A stretch of DNA of 64,000 nucleotides. Source: Candidatus Staskawiczbacteria bacterium. GTDB taxonomy: Bacteria > Patescibacteriota > Minisyncoccia > Minisyncoccales > Staskawiczbacteraceae. The stretch lies in the NCBI GenBank assembly GCA_016196125.1, contig JACPYG010000015.1, positions 22,966 through 86,965 of the forward strand, written 5' to 3'. The notes under the pieces were generated by a model. The model searched no databases, was not told the origin of the DNA, and saw nothing but the letters and a program-made list of their open reading frames with translations. Below are positions 26,404 to 34,712 of this stretch, one piece after another (the stretch's first letter is position 1; every line of letters begins with the position of its first letter). Position numbers and translations under genes: made by a program.

Positions 26404-27666
26404 TTAAGCGCTTATGCGCTTAATGTCTGCCCCTAATTTTTGCAAACGCTCTTCTATTTTTTCATATCCTCTGTCAATTTGAGAAATGTTCTCAATTGTT
26501 GTTTTTCCTTTTGCCATTAATCCTGCAATAATCAAACAAGCCCCAGCCCTAATATCCCAAGATTCTATTGTCAGACCAGAAAGCTTGGAAGGGCCAAAAA
26601 CAAAAGCCCTGTGAGGATCAACAATCTCAATATCACCGCCCATTTTTCTCAATTCTTGAACATAATTAAACCTATTTTCATATAAAGGATCATGAACTAA
26701 GCTTTTTCCTGTTGCATTTAATAAAAGAGGTATCATTACCGGCAAGAAATCAGTGGGAAATCCCGGATAAGGAAGGGCCTGCACTTTGGCGGATTTTAAG
26801 TTAGGAGAATAAGAAACTATAACACTATTGTCTCTTTTTTCAAAATTAACTCCAATTTCTGCAAGTTTTTCCAAAAATAAATCCAAATGCTGTAATATTA
26901 CATTTTTTACAGTAATTTTTCCGGGGACAACAGCTCCAATGCAAATGAAGGTTGCGGCTTCAATTGGATCTGAAATAACAGTATGAGTATTTCCTTTCAA
27001 ATGAGTTACTCCCTCAATTTCAATTGTATGAGTTCCCACCCCCTTTATTTTAGCTCCCATATTTTCCAGCATTTTACCTAAATCTTGGACATGCGGCTCA
27101 CAAGCTGCTCCTTTAATTACTGTTTTTCCCTCTGCTAAAACAGCAGCCAACATTATAGTTTCAGTGGCAGTAACTGAAAACTCTTCTAAAATAATTTCAG
27201 TTCCTTTTAAGCTATCGCAATTTATTTCATAAAAATCATCCTGCCTTTCAATTTTAGCTCCTAATTTTTCAAGGGCTCTTAAGTGCACAGAGATCGGCCT
27301 TGAACCTATTCTATCACCTCCGGGAGCCGCCATTTTAAAATGCTTTATTCTTGGTAAAAGCGAGCCAAAAAGCAATACAGAAATTCTGGTTTTTGATATT
27401 TTCTCAAAATCCATTTTTTCAGAATCCAAAGAGTCAGCAATAATCTTGACCTTTCTGTCTCCTGCCATTTTAACCTTAACTCCTATGCTTTTTAAAACTT
27501 CGATCATATTAAAAACATCTTCTATCAGAGGAAGATTATCTATAATGCACTCTTCTGCAGTCAAAAGGCATGCCGCCAAAACAGGTCCTGCGGCATTTTT
27601 TGACCCTCTAATCTCAATTTCTCCGGAAAGATTTTTTTGACCCTGGATTATAAATTTTTCTGCCAA
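26404..27666 (-). CDS. murA: UDP-N-acetylglucosamine 1-carboxyvinyltransferase
   Basis: 420 aa; RGSKNAAGPVLAA... and the EPSP-synthase-fold pattern typical of MurA. Confidence 0.9.
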   Translation of the reverse strand: MAEKFIIQGQKNLSGEIEIRGSKNAAGPVLAACLLTAEECIIDNLPLIEDVFNMIEVLKSIGVKVKMAGDRKVKIIADSLDSEKMDFEKISKTRISVLLFGSLLPRIKHFKMAAPGGDRIGSRPISVHLRALEKLGAKIERQDDFYEINCDSLKGTEIILEEFSVTATETIMLAAVLAEGKTVIKGAACEPHVQDLGKMLENMGAKIKGVGTHTIEIEGVTHLKGNTHTVISDPIEAATFICIGAVVPGKITVKNVILQHLDLFLEKLAEIGVNFEKRDNSVIVSYSPNLKSAKVQALPYPGFPTDFLPVMIPLLLNATGKSLVHDPLYENRFNYVQELRKMGGDIEIVDPHRAFVFGPSKLSGLTIESWDIRAGACLIIAGLMAKGKTTIENISQIDRGYEKIEERLQKLGADIKRISA

Positions 27667-27754
27667 TCTTTTTTTATTTATAGTTAATTATTCCTCAATA
27701 CTAATCTAAAAAAAATTTCTTGTAAAGTAGGCGAATTTGTGTAAAATTAATATA

Positions 27755-28822
27755 ATGACAAGAAAAATCCGCTTCTTAATATTAGTTATATGTGTAGCGC
27801 TGTTTTTTATTGCGGCTCCATATATTATTACCTATTCCTTGGGTTATAGGATTGATTTTGAACAAAAAAAATTGGTAATTACAGGAGGAATTTATGTAAA
27901 GGCGCTTCCGCAAGGCGCAGATATTATTGTGGATTCCAAAATCAGCAACAGAACCAGCCTTTTGTCGCCCACTGTTTTTGTGCAAAATCTTTTGCCAAAA
28001 CAACATAGCATTTTAATAAAAAAAGACGGCTATCATGATTATAAAAAAACCCTGGAAGTAAAAGAGAAAGAAGTTATAAGATTAGAAAGAGTTGTTTTAT
28101 TTAAAGAAAAGATTCCATTTGAAGATTTAACAGATAAAACTAATTCTCCATTTTTAAAAAAAGACCAAGAACAAATTTTTATTATTAAAAATGGAGACCT
28201 CTACAAAAACAGCCCGGAAAAATCTTTGGCAATTCTAAAAAAAATCATCTCTTTTGAGGTTTCCGGAAACAATATAATATGGCTAGGTTTGGACGGATTC
28301 TTATATAGCTCAAATCAAGACGGTAATAATACGGATAAATTGAGCCAAACCCCATTAAAAGTAGACAATAACAGCTCTTATAAGATTGTAATTGCCGCGC
28401 AAAATATCTTTCTTCTTGAAAACAATAATTTTTTATTGCTTAACCAAAAAACAAAAAAATTTGAAACATTTTACAGCTTGGTTAAAAATTTTAAAATATC
28501 TCCCGACGGTCAAAAAATACTTTACTATAACGAAAGCGAAATTATGTATTCTTATTTAAACTCAGACAATCCTGAAAAAATATTTTTAAACAGATTTTCA
28601 GAAAAAATCGAAGAATGTTTCTGGCTGGGCGACAACTATTTAATTTTTAATATAGGGGAAAAAATAATTATTTCTGAAATAGATAACAGAGATAATATAA
28701 ATATGATTACCCTGCAACAAACTTTGTCTCCGGGTGATAAAATATTCTTTAATCAACAAGACAAAAAGCTTTATATTTTGACAGGGAATAATATTTTAGT
28801 TTCAGAAAGATTAATTCCGTAA
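27755..28822 (+). CDS. PEGA-domain membrane-anchored protein
   Basis: N-terminal TM, then GGIYVKALPQGADIIVDSK...ILIKKDGYHDYKKTLEV (PEGA). ATG at 27755; the ORF track starts at TTG 27737. Confidence 0.6.
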   Translation: MTRKIRFLILVICVALFFIAAPYIITYSLGYRIDFEQKKLVITGGIYVKALPQGADIIVDSKISNRTSLLSPTVFVQNLLPKQHSILIKKDGYHDYKKTLEVKEKEVIRLERVVLFKEKIPFEDLTDKTNSPFLKKDQEQIFIIKNGDLYKNSPEKSLAILKKIISFEVSGNNIIWLGLDGFLYSSNQDGNNTDKLSQTPLKVDNNSSYKIVIAAQNIFLLENNNFLLLNQKTKKFETFYSLVKNFKISPDGQKILYYNESEIMYSYLNSDNPEKIFLNRFSEKIEECFWLGDNYLIFNIGEKIIISEIDNRDNINMITLQQTLSPGDKIFFNQQDKKLYILTGNNILVSERLIP

Positions 28823-28830
28823 AATAAAAA

Positions 28831-28855
28831 ATTGCCCCAAAAGGGCAATTTTTTA
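28831..28855. terminator. Bidirectional intrinsic terminator
   Basis: AAAAAATTGCCC CAAAA GGGCAATTTTTT. Confidence 0.8.
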
Positions 28856-28872
28856 TCTTTTAGACCATTGAG
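28853..28872 (-). repeat. Orphan duplicate of the last 5 codons plus stop of rpsI (QWSKR*), 17/20 identical to 28987-29006
   Basis: Minus strand reads CT CAA TGG TCT AAA AGA TAA versus the functional CT CAA TGG TCA AAA CGA TAG. Confidence 0.8.
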
Positions 28873-28986
28873 TCGTTCGCTTCCACTCGCTCTTTCAAAA
28901 CCGGGGCACCCTTTGGGTCATTTGAATAATTTCCTACACGGGGAAATACCCAATTTCCCCGACCCCCTTTTTGACAATGGTCAAAA

Positions 28987-29547
28987 CTATCGTTTTGACC
29001 ATTGAGGAGATTTTCTTGCCCTCTTTAATCCAAACTTCTTTCTTTCTCTCATTCTTGGGTCGCGGGTTAAATATCCCGCTTTTCTTAACCTTTTTCTAAA
29101 ATTATTGTTAAAATCAACTAATACTCTGGCTGTCCCGTGCCTTACTGCTTCCGCCTGGGCATGATGGCCTCCGCCTTTGACTATTATGGAAACTCTGAAT
29201 TTATCAAGACATTTCATTTTTTTCATAGATGAAGTGGCTATTTGCCTGTCTTCTTCTAAGATAAAATATTCTTGATATGGTTTGCCGTTAATCAAAAAAG
29301 CCTTGTTTCCTCTTGTAAAAAGCCTCACGCGGGCCACAGCTGTTTTTCTACGGCCAATTGCTTCAAAATAACGATCTGGCTTTGAAGCTAAATCATTTTC
29401 TATTTTAAAATCTTCAAAAGAAAAATCATCTTCCTCTTCTGTGTTTAAAACATCCTTCGGCAAGCTCAGGACAGGGGTTATTTTTATTGGGTTTATTACC
29501 TTTCGCTCTGGTTCAGGTTTTTTTGTTTTAATTTTCGTCATAATCAT
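28987..29547 (-). CDS. rpsI: 30S ribosomal protein S9 with an N-terminal extension of about 55 aa
   Basis: GRRKTAVARVRLF ... GGGHHAQAEAVRHGTARVL ... RDPRMRERKKFGLKRARKSPQWSKR. Confidence 0.95.
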   Translation of the reverse strand: MIMTKIKTKKPEPERKVINPIKITPVLSLPKDVLNTEEEDDFSFEDFKIENDLASKPDRYFEAIGRRKTAVARVRLFTRGNKAFLINGKPYQEYFILEEDRQIATSSMKKMKCLDKFRVSIIVKGGGHHAQAEAVRHGTARVLVDFNNNFRKRLRKAGYLTRDPRMRERKKFGLKRARKSPQWSKR

Positions 29548-29913
29548 TTAATTTATTTTTTCAAATTTCAATCTTTTAATTTGCATATCCCTTAGTTTAT
29601 TTTTTGTCAACATTCCATAAACAGCTCTCCTTAAAACTTCTGATGGATCTTTTTCGTGTATATCTTCTAACGATGCTTTTTTTAATCCGCCTAAATATCC
29701 TGTATGGCGATAATAAATTTTATTTTTAAATTTTTTACCGGTAAATTTTAATTTTTCAATATTTTTTATCGTAACAAAATCGCCGATATCTTTATAAGGC
29801 GCAAAAGTTGGCTTGTGTTTGCCTCTCAACAAAACAGCTATTTGAGTGGATATTCTGCCTAAAACCTGGCCTGAAACATCAACTATATGATTTTCTCTTT
29901 TTATGGTTTCCAT
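29548..29913 (-). CDS. rplM: 50S ribosomal protein L13
   Basis: VDVSGQVLGRISTQIAVLLRGKHKPTFAP. Confidence 0.95.
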   Translation of the reverse strand: METIKRENHIVDVSGQVLGRISTQIAVLLRGKHKPTFAPYKDIGDFVTIKNIEKLKFTGKKFKNKIYYRHTGYLGGLKKASLEDIHEKDPSEVLRRAVYGMLTKNKLRDMQIKRLKFEKIN

Positions 29914-29919
29914 GCTTTA

Positions 29920-30270
29920 TTATTTCACTAACTCTATTATTACCATTTTTGCCGAATCTGACCTTCTTGGTCCCAATTTTATAATTCTTGTATATCCTCC
30001 CGGTCTGTTGCCGTATTTTGGAGCAATTTCATCTACTAATTTTTTAACAATTTGCGGAGCTAAAGTTTTTGCCAGCATTCTGCGGCTAAATACGGTATTT
30101 TGCCTTGCCCTGGTAATGGATTTTTCTGCAACAACCCTTAATTCTTTTGCTTTAGCTTCTGTAGTTTTAATTTTTTCGCGCAAAAAAAGACCGCTCATTA
30201 ATGACTTTAAAAGAGCTTTTCTCTGACTTTTATTCCTTGATAACATTCTGCCTTTATTTCTTTTTCTCAT
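29920..30270 (-). CDS. rplQ: 50S ribosomal protein L17
   Basis: GRMLSRNKSQRKALLKSLMSGLFLREKIKTTEAKAKE. Confidence 0.95.
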   Translation of the reverse strand: MRKRNKGRMLSRNKSQRKALLKSLMSGLFLREKIKTTEAKAKELRVVAEKSITRARQNTVFSRRMLAKTLAPQIVKKLVDEIAPKYGNRPGGYTRIIKLGPRRSDSAKMVIIELVK

Positions 30271-31063
30271 TTGTTTTTTGTCCTCGCTTGCGAGGAACTT
30301 GTTCTTTTTTTATCTTCTTGGCTTTTGATTTAGCATTTGCTTTTGCGGGCTTTGATTCATTTTTTGTCTCTGGATTTAACGAATCTTTTGCTTGCGAAAT
30401 TATATTAAAGTGTCCCATTAATATATCACAAGCCTCAAAAAATGCAGCTTCCGGGGTAATTGTGCCATCTGTTTCTATTTCCAAATTTAGCTTATCAAAG
30501 TCTGTTCTTTCTCCTACTCTCATATTTTCAACTTCTAAATTTACATTTTTAACAGGCGTATAAATAGCGTCAAGATAGATCGTTCCTATTTCTGTTTTTT
30601 TTATTTTTCTGCGGTCTTTTGGCTCATATCCGATGCCTTTTTCAATCTGAATTTCTATATCAAGTTCTGTTTTTTTATCTGTTATGGTTGCAATATGAGT
30701 TTCTGGATTAGCAAGCTCTACTTGCGGAGACAGCTTGAAATCCGACCCTTTAACATCCTTATCCCCTTTAATTTTTAATTGAATTTTCTGCGAATCGCCC
30801 TCATAAATTTTAAATCTTAAATTTTTTAAATTCAAAATAACCATTATGGTATCTTCTAAGATTCCCGGAATTGCAGAAAACTCATGCGGGGCTCCTTTAA
30901 TTTTTACTTCTGTTACTGCAACTCCAGGCAAAGATGATAATAAAACCCTTCTTAAAGAATTACCGATAGTGGTGCCATAACCGGGATACAACCCTTCTAT
31001 TTCAAAACGAACCTGATTTTTATTTTTTTTAATTATTTTTATAGGCGATGGAAGAGGAATCAT
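30254..31063 (-). CDS. rpoA: RNA polymerase alpha subunit, N-terminal domain only, ending in a Lys-rich tail (no recognisable alpha-CTD)
   Basis: GYGTTIGNSLRRVLLSSLPGVAVTEVKIKGAPHEF. 269 aa; the last 45 aa or so are KPAKANAKSKAKKIKKEQ... Confidence 0.9.
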   Translation of the reverse strand: MIPLPSPIKIIKKNKNQVRFEIEGLYPGYGTTIGNSLRRVLLSSLPGVAVTEVKIKGAPHEFSAIPGILEDTIMVILNLKNLRFKIYEGDSQKIQLKIKGDKDVKGSDFKLSPQVELANPETHIATITDKKTELDIEIQIEKGIGYEPKDRRKIKKTEIGTIYLDAIYTPVKNVNLEVENMRVGERTDFDKLNLEIETDGTITPEAAFFEACDILMGHFNIISQAKDSLNPETKNESKPAKANAKSKAKKIKKEQVPRKRGQKTNEKKK

Positions 31064-31151
31064 AATTTTAGAATCTAGAATTTAGAAAGTAGAATCTAGA
31101 ACACGGAACGTACGCTTCTATTTTCTATTTTCTAACTTCTATTTTCTCGCT
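31064..31151. repeat. Heptad-periodic inverted repeat filling the rpsD-rpoA spacer
   Basis: (TAGAATC)x5-like arm 31068-31101, loop CACGGAACGTACG, (TTTCTAT)x5-like arm 31115-31147; about 26/32 complementary. Confidence 0.75.
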
Positions 31152-31712
31152 TTATCTTGAATAAAATTCGAAAATTAAAGAAATTTCTGCCGGAGGATTT
31201 ACTTCTTGCAAAGAAGGCTCTCCGATAGCTTTTCCTTCAAATTTATCTTTATTTAAACTTAACCACGAATGGGTTTCTTTTTTCTTTAATGAAACTGATA
31301 AATCTTTAAAGACCGGCTTTGATTTCTTAGATTCTTTTATTGCAACAATATCGCCTTTTTTTAATTCAAAAGATGGAATATTTACAGGTTTACCGTTTAC
31401 CAAAAAAATACCATGAGAAACAAGCTGTCTTGCATGCGCGCGAGTTAAAGCAAATCCCAAACGAAATACTGCATTGTCTAATCTTTTTTCTATTCTTCTG
31501 ATAAGCTCATTAGCCACATCTTCAACCTTGCCCATTCTCAACAAAGTTTCTTTAACGTATTTTTTAAACTGGCGTTCTGAAAGACCATAAAACCTTTTGA
31601 GTATTTGTTTCTCTTGCAGTGATTTTTTATATTCTGAAGCAGTTCCACCCCTTCTTTTTTTTTGGGGCCCTATTTGGGGTCCTGGCGGATTGGCTTTCTT
31701 TTCTATTGGCAT
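31152..31712 (-). CDS. rpsD: 30S ribosomal protein S4
   Basis: LSERQFKKYV ... TRAHARQLVSHGIFLVNGKPVNIPSF. Confidence 0.95.
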   Translation of the reverse strand: MPIEKKANPPGPQIGPQKKRRGGTASEYKKSLQEKQILKRFYGLSERQFKKYVKETLLRMGKVEDVANELIRRIEKRLDNAVFRLGFALTRAHARQLVSHGIFLVNGKPVNIPSFELKKGDIVAIKESKKSKPVFKDLSVSLKKKETHSWLSLNKDKFEGKAIGEPSLQEVNPPAEISLIFEFYSR

Positions 31713-31737
31713 ATAATTAAATAATAATGTTAAATTA

Positions 31738-32193
31738 TTAAACTCTCCTTATTTTTTTAGGCCTGCAACCATTATGAGGAATTGGCGTTATATCTTTAAT
31801 CGAAATAACATTCAACCCTTGAGAAACCAAAGTTCTTACCGCTGATTCTCTGCCGGCTCCTATCCCTTTTATAAAAATACTAATTTTTTCTATTCCTATC
31901 TTTTTACAAATATTAGATATCGCTTCTGATACCCTTGAGGCGGCAAAAGAAGTGGCCTTTTTTGTTCCTTTAAAACCAACCGATCCGGCTGACTTCCAAG
32001 CCAAAACCTGACCTGAAACATTGGTAAGAGTTATTAAGGTATTATTATAAGAAGAAGATATATAAATATTTCCATGAAGGACTTTATCCGCTGATGACCG
32101 CACTTTTAATTCTTTTTTAAGAGTGCCATCAACTTTTTCTTTTTCTTTTATCAATTCTTCTTGATTGACTTGGATAATATGTTTTTTTCCCAT
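31738..32193 (-). CDS. rpsK: 30S ribosomal protein S11
   Basis: GNIYISSSYNNTLITLTNVSGQVLAWKSAGSVGFKGTKKATSFAA. Confidence 0.95.
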   Translation of the reverse strand: MGKKHIIQVNQEELIKEKEKVDGTLKKELKVRSSADKVLHGNIYISSSYNNTLITLTNVSGQVLAWKSAGSVGFKGTKKATSFAASRVSEAISNICKKIGIEKISIFIKGIGAGRESAVRTLVSQGLNVISIKDITPIPHNGCRPKKIRRV

Positions 32194-32214
32194 TGTTTAT
32201 TATCTTTAATTTAA

Positions 32215-32604
32215 TTAAGTTGGCGTTGCCGCTGGCTTTCTTCCAGACCCTATTGTTTTTCTTACGTTACCCCTTACTGTCCTATTGTTAGTTTTTGTTC
32301 TTTGGCCCCTGGTCGGCAATCCCTTGGCATGGCGGGAACCCCTAAAAGACCCTATATCTTTTAATCTTTTGATATTTATCATAATCTGTCTTCTTAAATC
32401 TCCTTCAATCTTATGATTCTTTTCAATAATGTCTTTTAAAATATTAACTTCTTCTGAAGTCAAATCTTGAGACTTTTTATTTATATCAATCTTTGCTATT
32501 CCTAAAATTTCTGCACTTAAAGGCCTGCCTATTCCGTAAATATAAGTTAAAGCTATTTCTATTCTTTTATTTTCAGGAATATTTACTCCTGCGATTCTTG
32601 GCAT
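32215..32604 (-). CDS. rpsM: 30S ribosomal protein S13
   Basis: [26 protein letters not shown]. The ORF-track extension [12 protein letters not shown] is read-through of the upstream repeat. Confidence 0.95.
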   Translation of the reverse strand: MPRIAGVNIPENKRIEIALTYIYGIGRPLSAEILGIAKIDINKKSQDLTSEEVNILKDIIEKNHKIEGDLRRQIMINIKRLKDIGSFRGSRHAKGLPTRGQRTKTNNRTVRGNVRKTIGSGRKPAATPT

Positions 32605-32695
32605 AACTTCATGAAACATACAACATGGAACATGGAACAAAACTACGACGAAACGTTTTTTTGTTATGTGTTCTATGTTATGTGTTATGTGATTT
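32605..32695. repeat. Heptad-periodic hairpin element (CATGRAA arm / GTTATGT arm), copy 1, filling the rpmJ-rpsM spacer
   Basis: The arm at 32610-32643 is 30/34 identical and the arm at 32661-32695 is 33/35 identical to the copy at 49647-49727. Confidence 0.85.
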
Positions 32696-32810
32696 ACCCT
32701 TGTCTTTGTTTATGTTTTGGATTCTTTTTACAAATAACATAAACGCGACCCTTTCTTTTGACGATTTCACAATCTTTACAAATTTTTTTAACCGATGGTT
32801 TTACTTTCAT
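32694..32810 (-). CDS. rpmJ: 50S ribosomal protein L36
   Basis: Own translation: [38 protein letters not shown] (below the ORF-track cutoff). Confidence 0.95.
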   Translation of the reverse strand: MKVKPSVKKICKDCEIVKRKGRVYVICKKNPKHKQRQG

Positions 32811-32838
32811 GATTATGAGATAAACAAATAGAACACGA

Positions 32839-32904
32839 ACCCCGCCCCAAAAGCTATTAAACATTACATTAGCATAGAGGGCGGGGTAAGTTCGCTTCGC
32901 TCGC
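32839..32904. repeat. GC hairpin element ACCCCGCCC...GGGCGGGG(T/C)AAG(T/C)TCGC, copy 1, abutting the infA stop
   Basis: About 80 percent identical over roughly 68 nt to 50302-50370, which abuts the tuf stop. Confidence 0.85.
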
Positions 32905-33150
32905 TTATTTTAAACGATAAACTATTCTGCCTTTACTGTCATCATAAGGACTCATTTCTAAAGTCACTTTATCGCCAGGTAAAATAGTAATTCTATTAAG
33001 CCTCATCTTTCCAGACAAAAAACCTGTTATTTCTTTTCCGTCGTCTAATAATACCCTAAAGAAGGCATTTGGTAAAGCCTCCACTATTCTCCCCTCTATT
33101 CTGATAACTTTTTTTGGATCTTTATTCTCTTCGTTTTTGACCATTAGCAT
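32905..33150 (-). CDS. infA: Translation initiation factor IF-1
   Basis: [45 protein letters not shown]. Confidence 0.95.
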   Translation of the reverse strand: MLMVKNEENKDPKKVIRIEGRIVEALPNAFFRVLLDDGKEITGFLSGKMRLNRITILPGDKVTLEMSPYDDSKGRIVYRLK

Positions 33151-33251
33151 TTATCCCGTGACTCTGTGATATTAACAAATTAACTTATTTTAGTCAACTC
33201 TTCACCCAAAATTTAGACATTTTGAGCGAAGAGTCAATACCATTATACTCA

Positions 33252-34559
33252 TTACTCAAATTTTAAATCAATTTTAATTTTGTTTTGGTCTCTTGGAGCT
33301 TTTGTTGTCCAAAAAGGCCACAAATTTACCTTGACACGCGATATGCTGTCTCCCATCCTATTATTTATAGTTTCTTTTATTTCGTCAGACGATTTTTCTC
33401 TGAATAAAGCAATCAAATCATTTTTGTCGACTGATTGATATGTCTTAACAGAAAAATCCAAATTAATCACTATTTTTTTATCTTTAATGTCTATTGTCTC
33501 TGGATTATAATTAACAGTTAAGCTATCTTCTAATAGGGTTTTCTGGTAAGACACATTAGAGTTAATATATTCTTTAATGAAATTTTCCATGTCGGATTTT
33601 TTAAAAAACAAGGCAGTTGCTCGAGCTTTAGCCTGATAACCAAACTTATCTACAACAGCTCCCGCCTTCACGGCAGAAGCAGATTCTGTAATCTCCGAAA
33701 AAATAGATTTATCCAATAAAATATATTCTGAACTAATTTTTCCCTTTAAAGATTCTTGTATATTATTTAAAAGATTTTTTTGCAAAATATTTTTTGCAAT
33801 TTTAATATCGTCTTCTGTAACTTTTTTTATCGTACTCGAAAATCCTCCAGTCATCGCATTTGATGATTCGGCATAAATACTATAATAATACGGAGTACCG
33901 ACCAGCTTTGGCACAGAAAACTTAGCTGGTTTTATATTATATTCTTCTCCCGGATCCGTGGCTTGAACTTTTACTTCTATTGATCCCGGGATAGTTTTAT
34001 TATTTTGTTTTTTTGCGGCAGGAACAACAACTCTTTGCAATGTTATAAAATATTTTCCTGAATCAGACAAAAAATGAGTTCCTATTTTTAAAGTAATATC
34101 GCTTGCCGGGCTGTAGCTATTGTAAATTACAATTAAACCCTCTGCTTTACCGTCGTTAGAAGCGTTGCCGGTTGCAGAAAATTCCTGCCAAAGATCTTTT
34201 TCTTCATTTAAATATTGAGCGGGGATAGTTTTACTGCCATAATCAATCGTATCTGCAGAATTATCTGCCATCACTTGTTCTTTGAAATTTAATATTTCTG
34301 TTTTAGGCCAAATTTCCACATTGACTTTTTGCAATTTAAAATACAAAACACCGGCTAAAATCAAAAATAAAATACAAGACACCGATAAAACCTCTCTTAG
34401 AGGAAATCGCCTTCGTTTGTGAGAACCCAAACCCTTGCTATGTTTTTTATTTACCCTGCCATTAGAGTGTTTTTCTTCTCCTTTTGCCAAAGACTTTACT
34501 CCATGTTCCACTTTATGGGCAATCTTGGGCGGTAAAATATCAAATATTTTTTTTGCCAT
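33252..34559 (-). CDS. Hypothetical membrane-anchored protein
   Basis: Start placed at MAKKIFDILPP (ATG 34559), because the ORF-track N-terminus overlaps the inverted repeat at 34575-34594. One TM; no recognised domain. Confidence 0.5.
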   Translation of the reverse strand: MAKKIFDILPPKIAHKVEHGVKSLAKGEEKHSNGRVNKKHSKGLGSHKRRRFPLREVLSVSCILFLILAGVLYFKLQKVNVEIWPKTEILNFKEQVMADNSADTIDYGSKTIPAQYLNEEKDLWQEFSATGNASNDGKAEGLIVIYNSYSPASDITLKIGTHFLSDSGKYFITLQRVVVPAAKKQNNKTIPGSIEVKVQATDPGEEYNIKPAKFSVPKLVGTPYYYSIYAESSNAMTGGFSSTIKKVTEDDIKIAKNILQKNLLNNIQESLKGKISSEYILLDKSIFSEITESASAVKAGAVVDKFGYQAKARATALFFKKSDMENFIKEYINSNVSYQKTLLEDSLTVNYNPETIDIKDKKIVINLDFSVKTYQSVDKNDLIALFREKSSDEIKETINNRMGDSISRVKVNLWPFWTTKAPRDQNKIKIDLKFE

Positions 34560-34574
34560 TTTATTTTTGAGCGA

Positions 34575-34707
34575 GGACATTGCTTTTAAAAGTAGTTTTC
34601 GCAGGCAGTTTAGCATGGTTCTTGCGAAGCGAGATAAACTGCCGAGAATGCAGATAGCGAAATTACGCTGGTAATTTCGACTATCGGTACTTTTGAAAGC
34701 AATGTCT
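34575..34707. repeat. Three-helix inverted-repeat element in the alaS / hypothetical-gene spacer
   Basis: Outer 20-bp helix 34575-34594 / 34688-34707 (18 Watson-Crick pairs plus 2 G-T on the plus strand). Inner hairpins GGCAGTTTA/TAAACTGCC (34604-34643) and CGAAATTAC GCTG GTAATTTCG (34658-34679). Confidence 0.8.
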
Positions 34708-34712
34708 GAACA

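Noticed and set aside
32605-32640. N-terminal extensions in the ORF track: [12 protein letters not shown] (rpsM), MFYVSCF (rplC, 49650-49670), MSMRNVKYLIQNTQYLILTQ (rpsH, 43010-43069) and MKNILISAITKNKYNF (rplF, 42470-42517).
   Set aside because: These are read-through of the intergenic repeat arms. The conserved protein N-termini start at the internal Met in each case.
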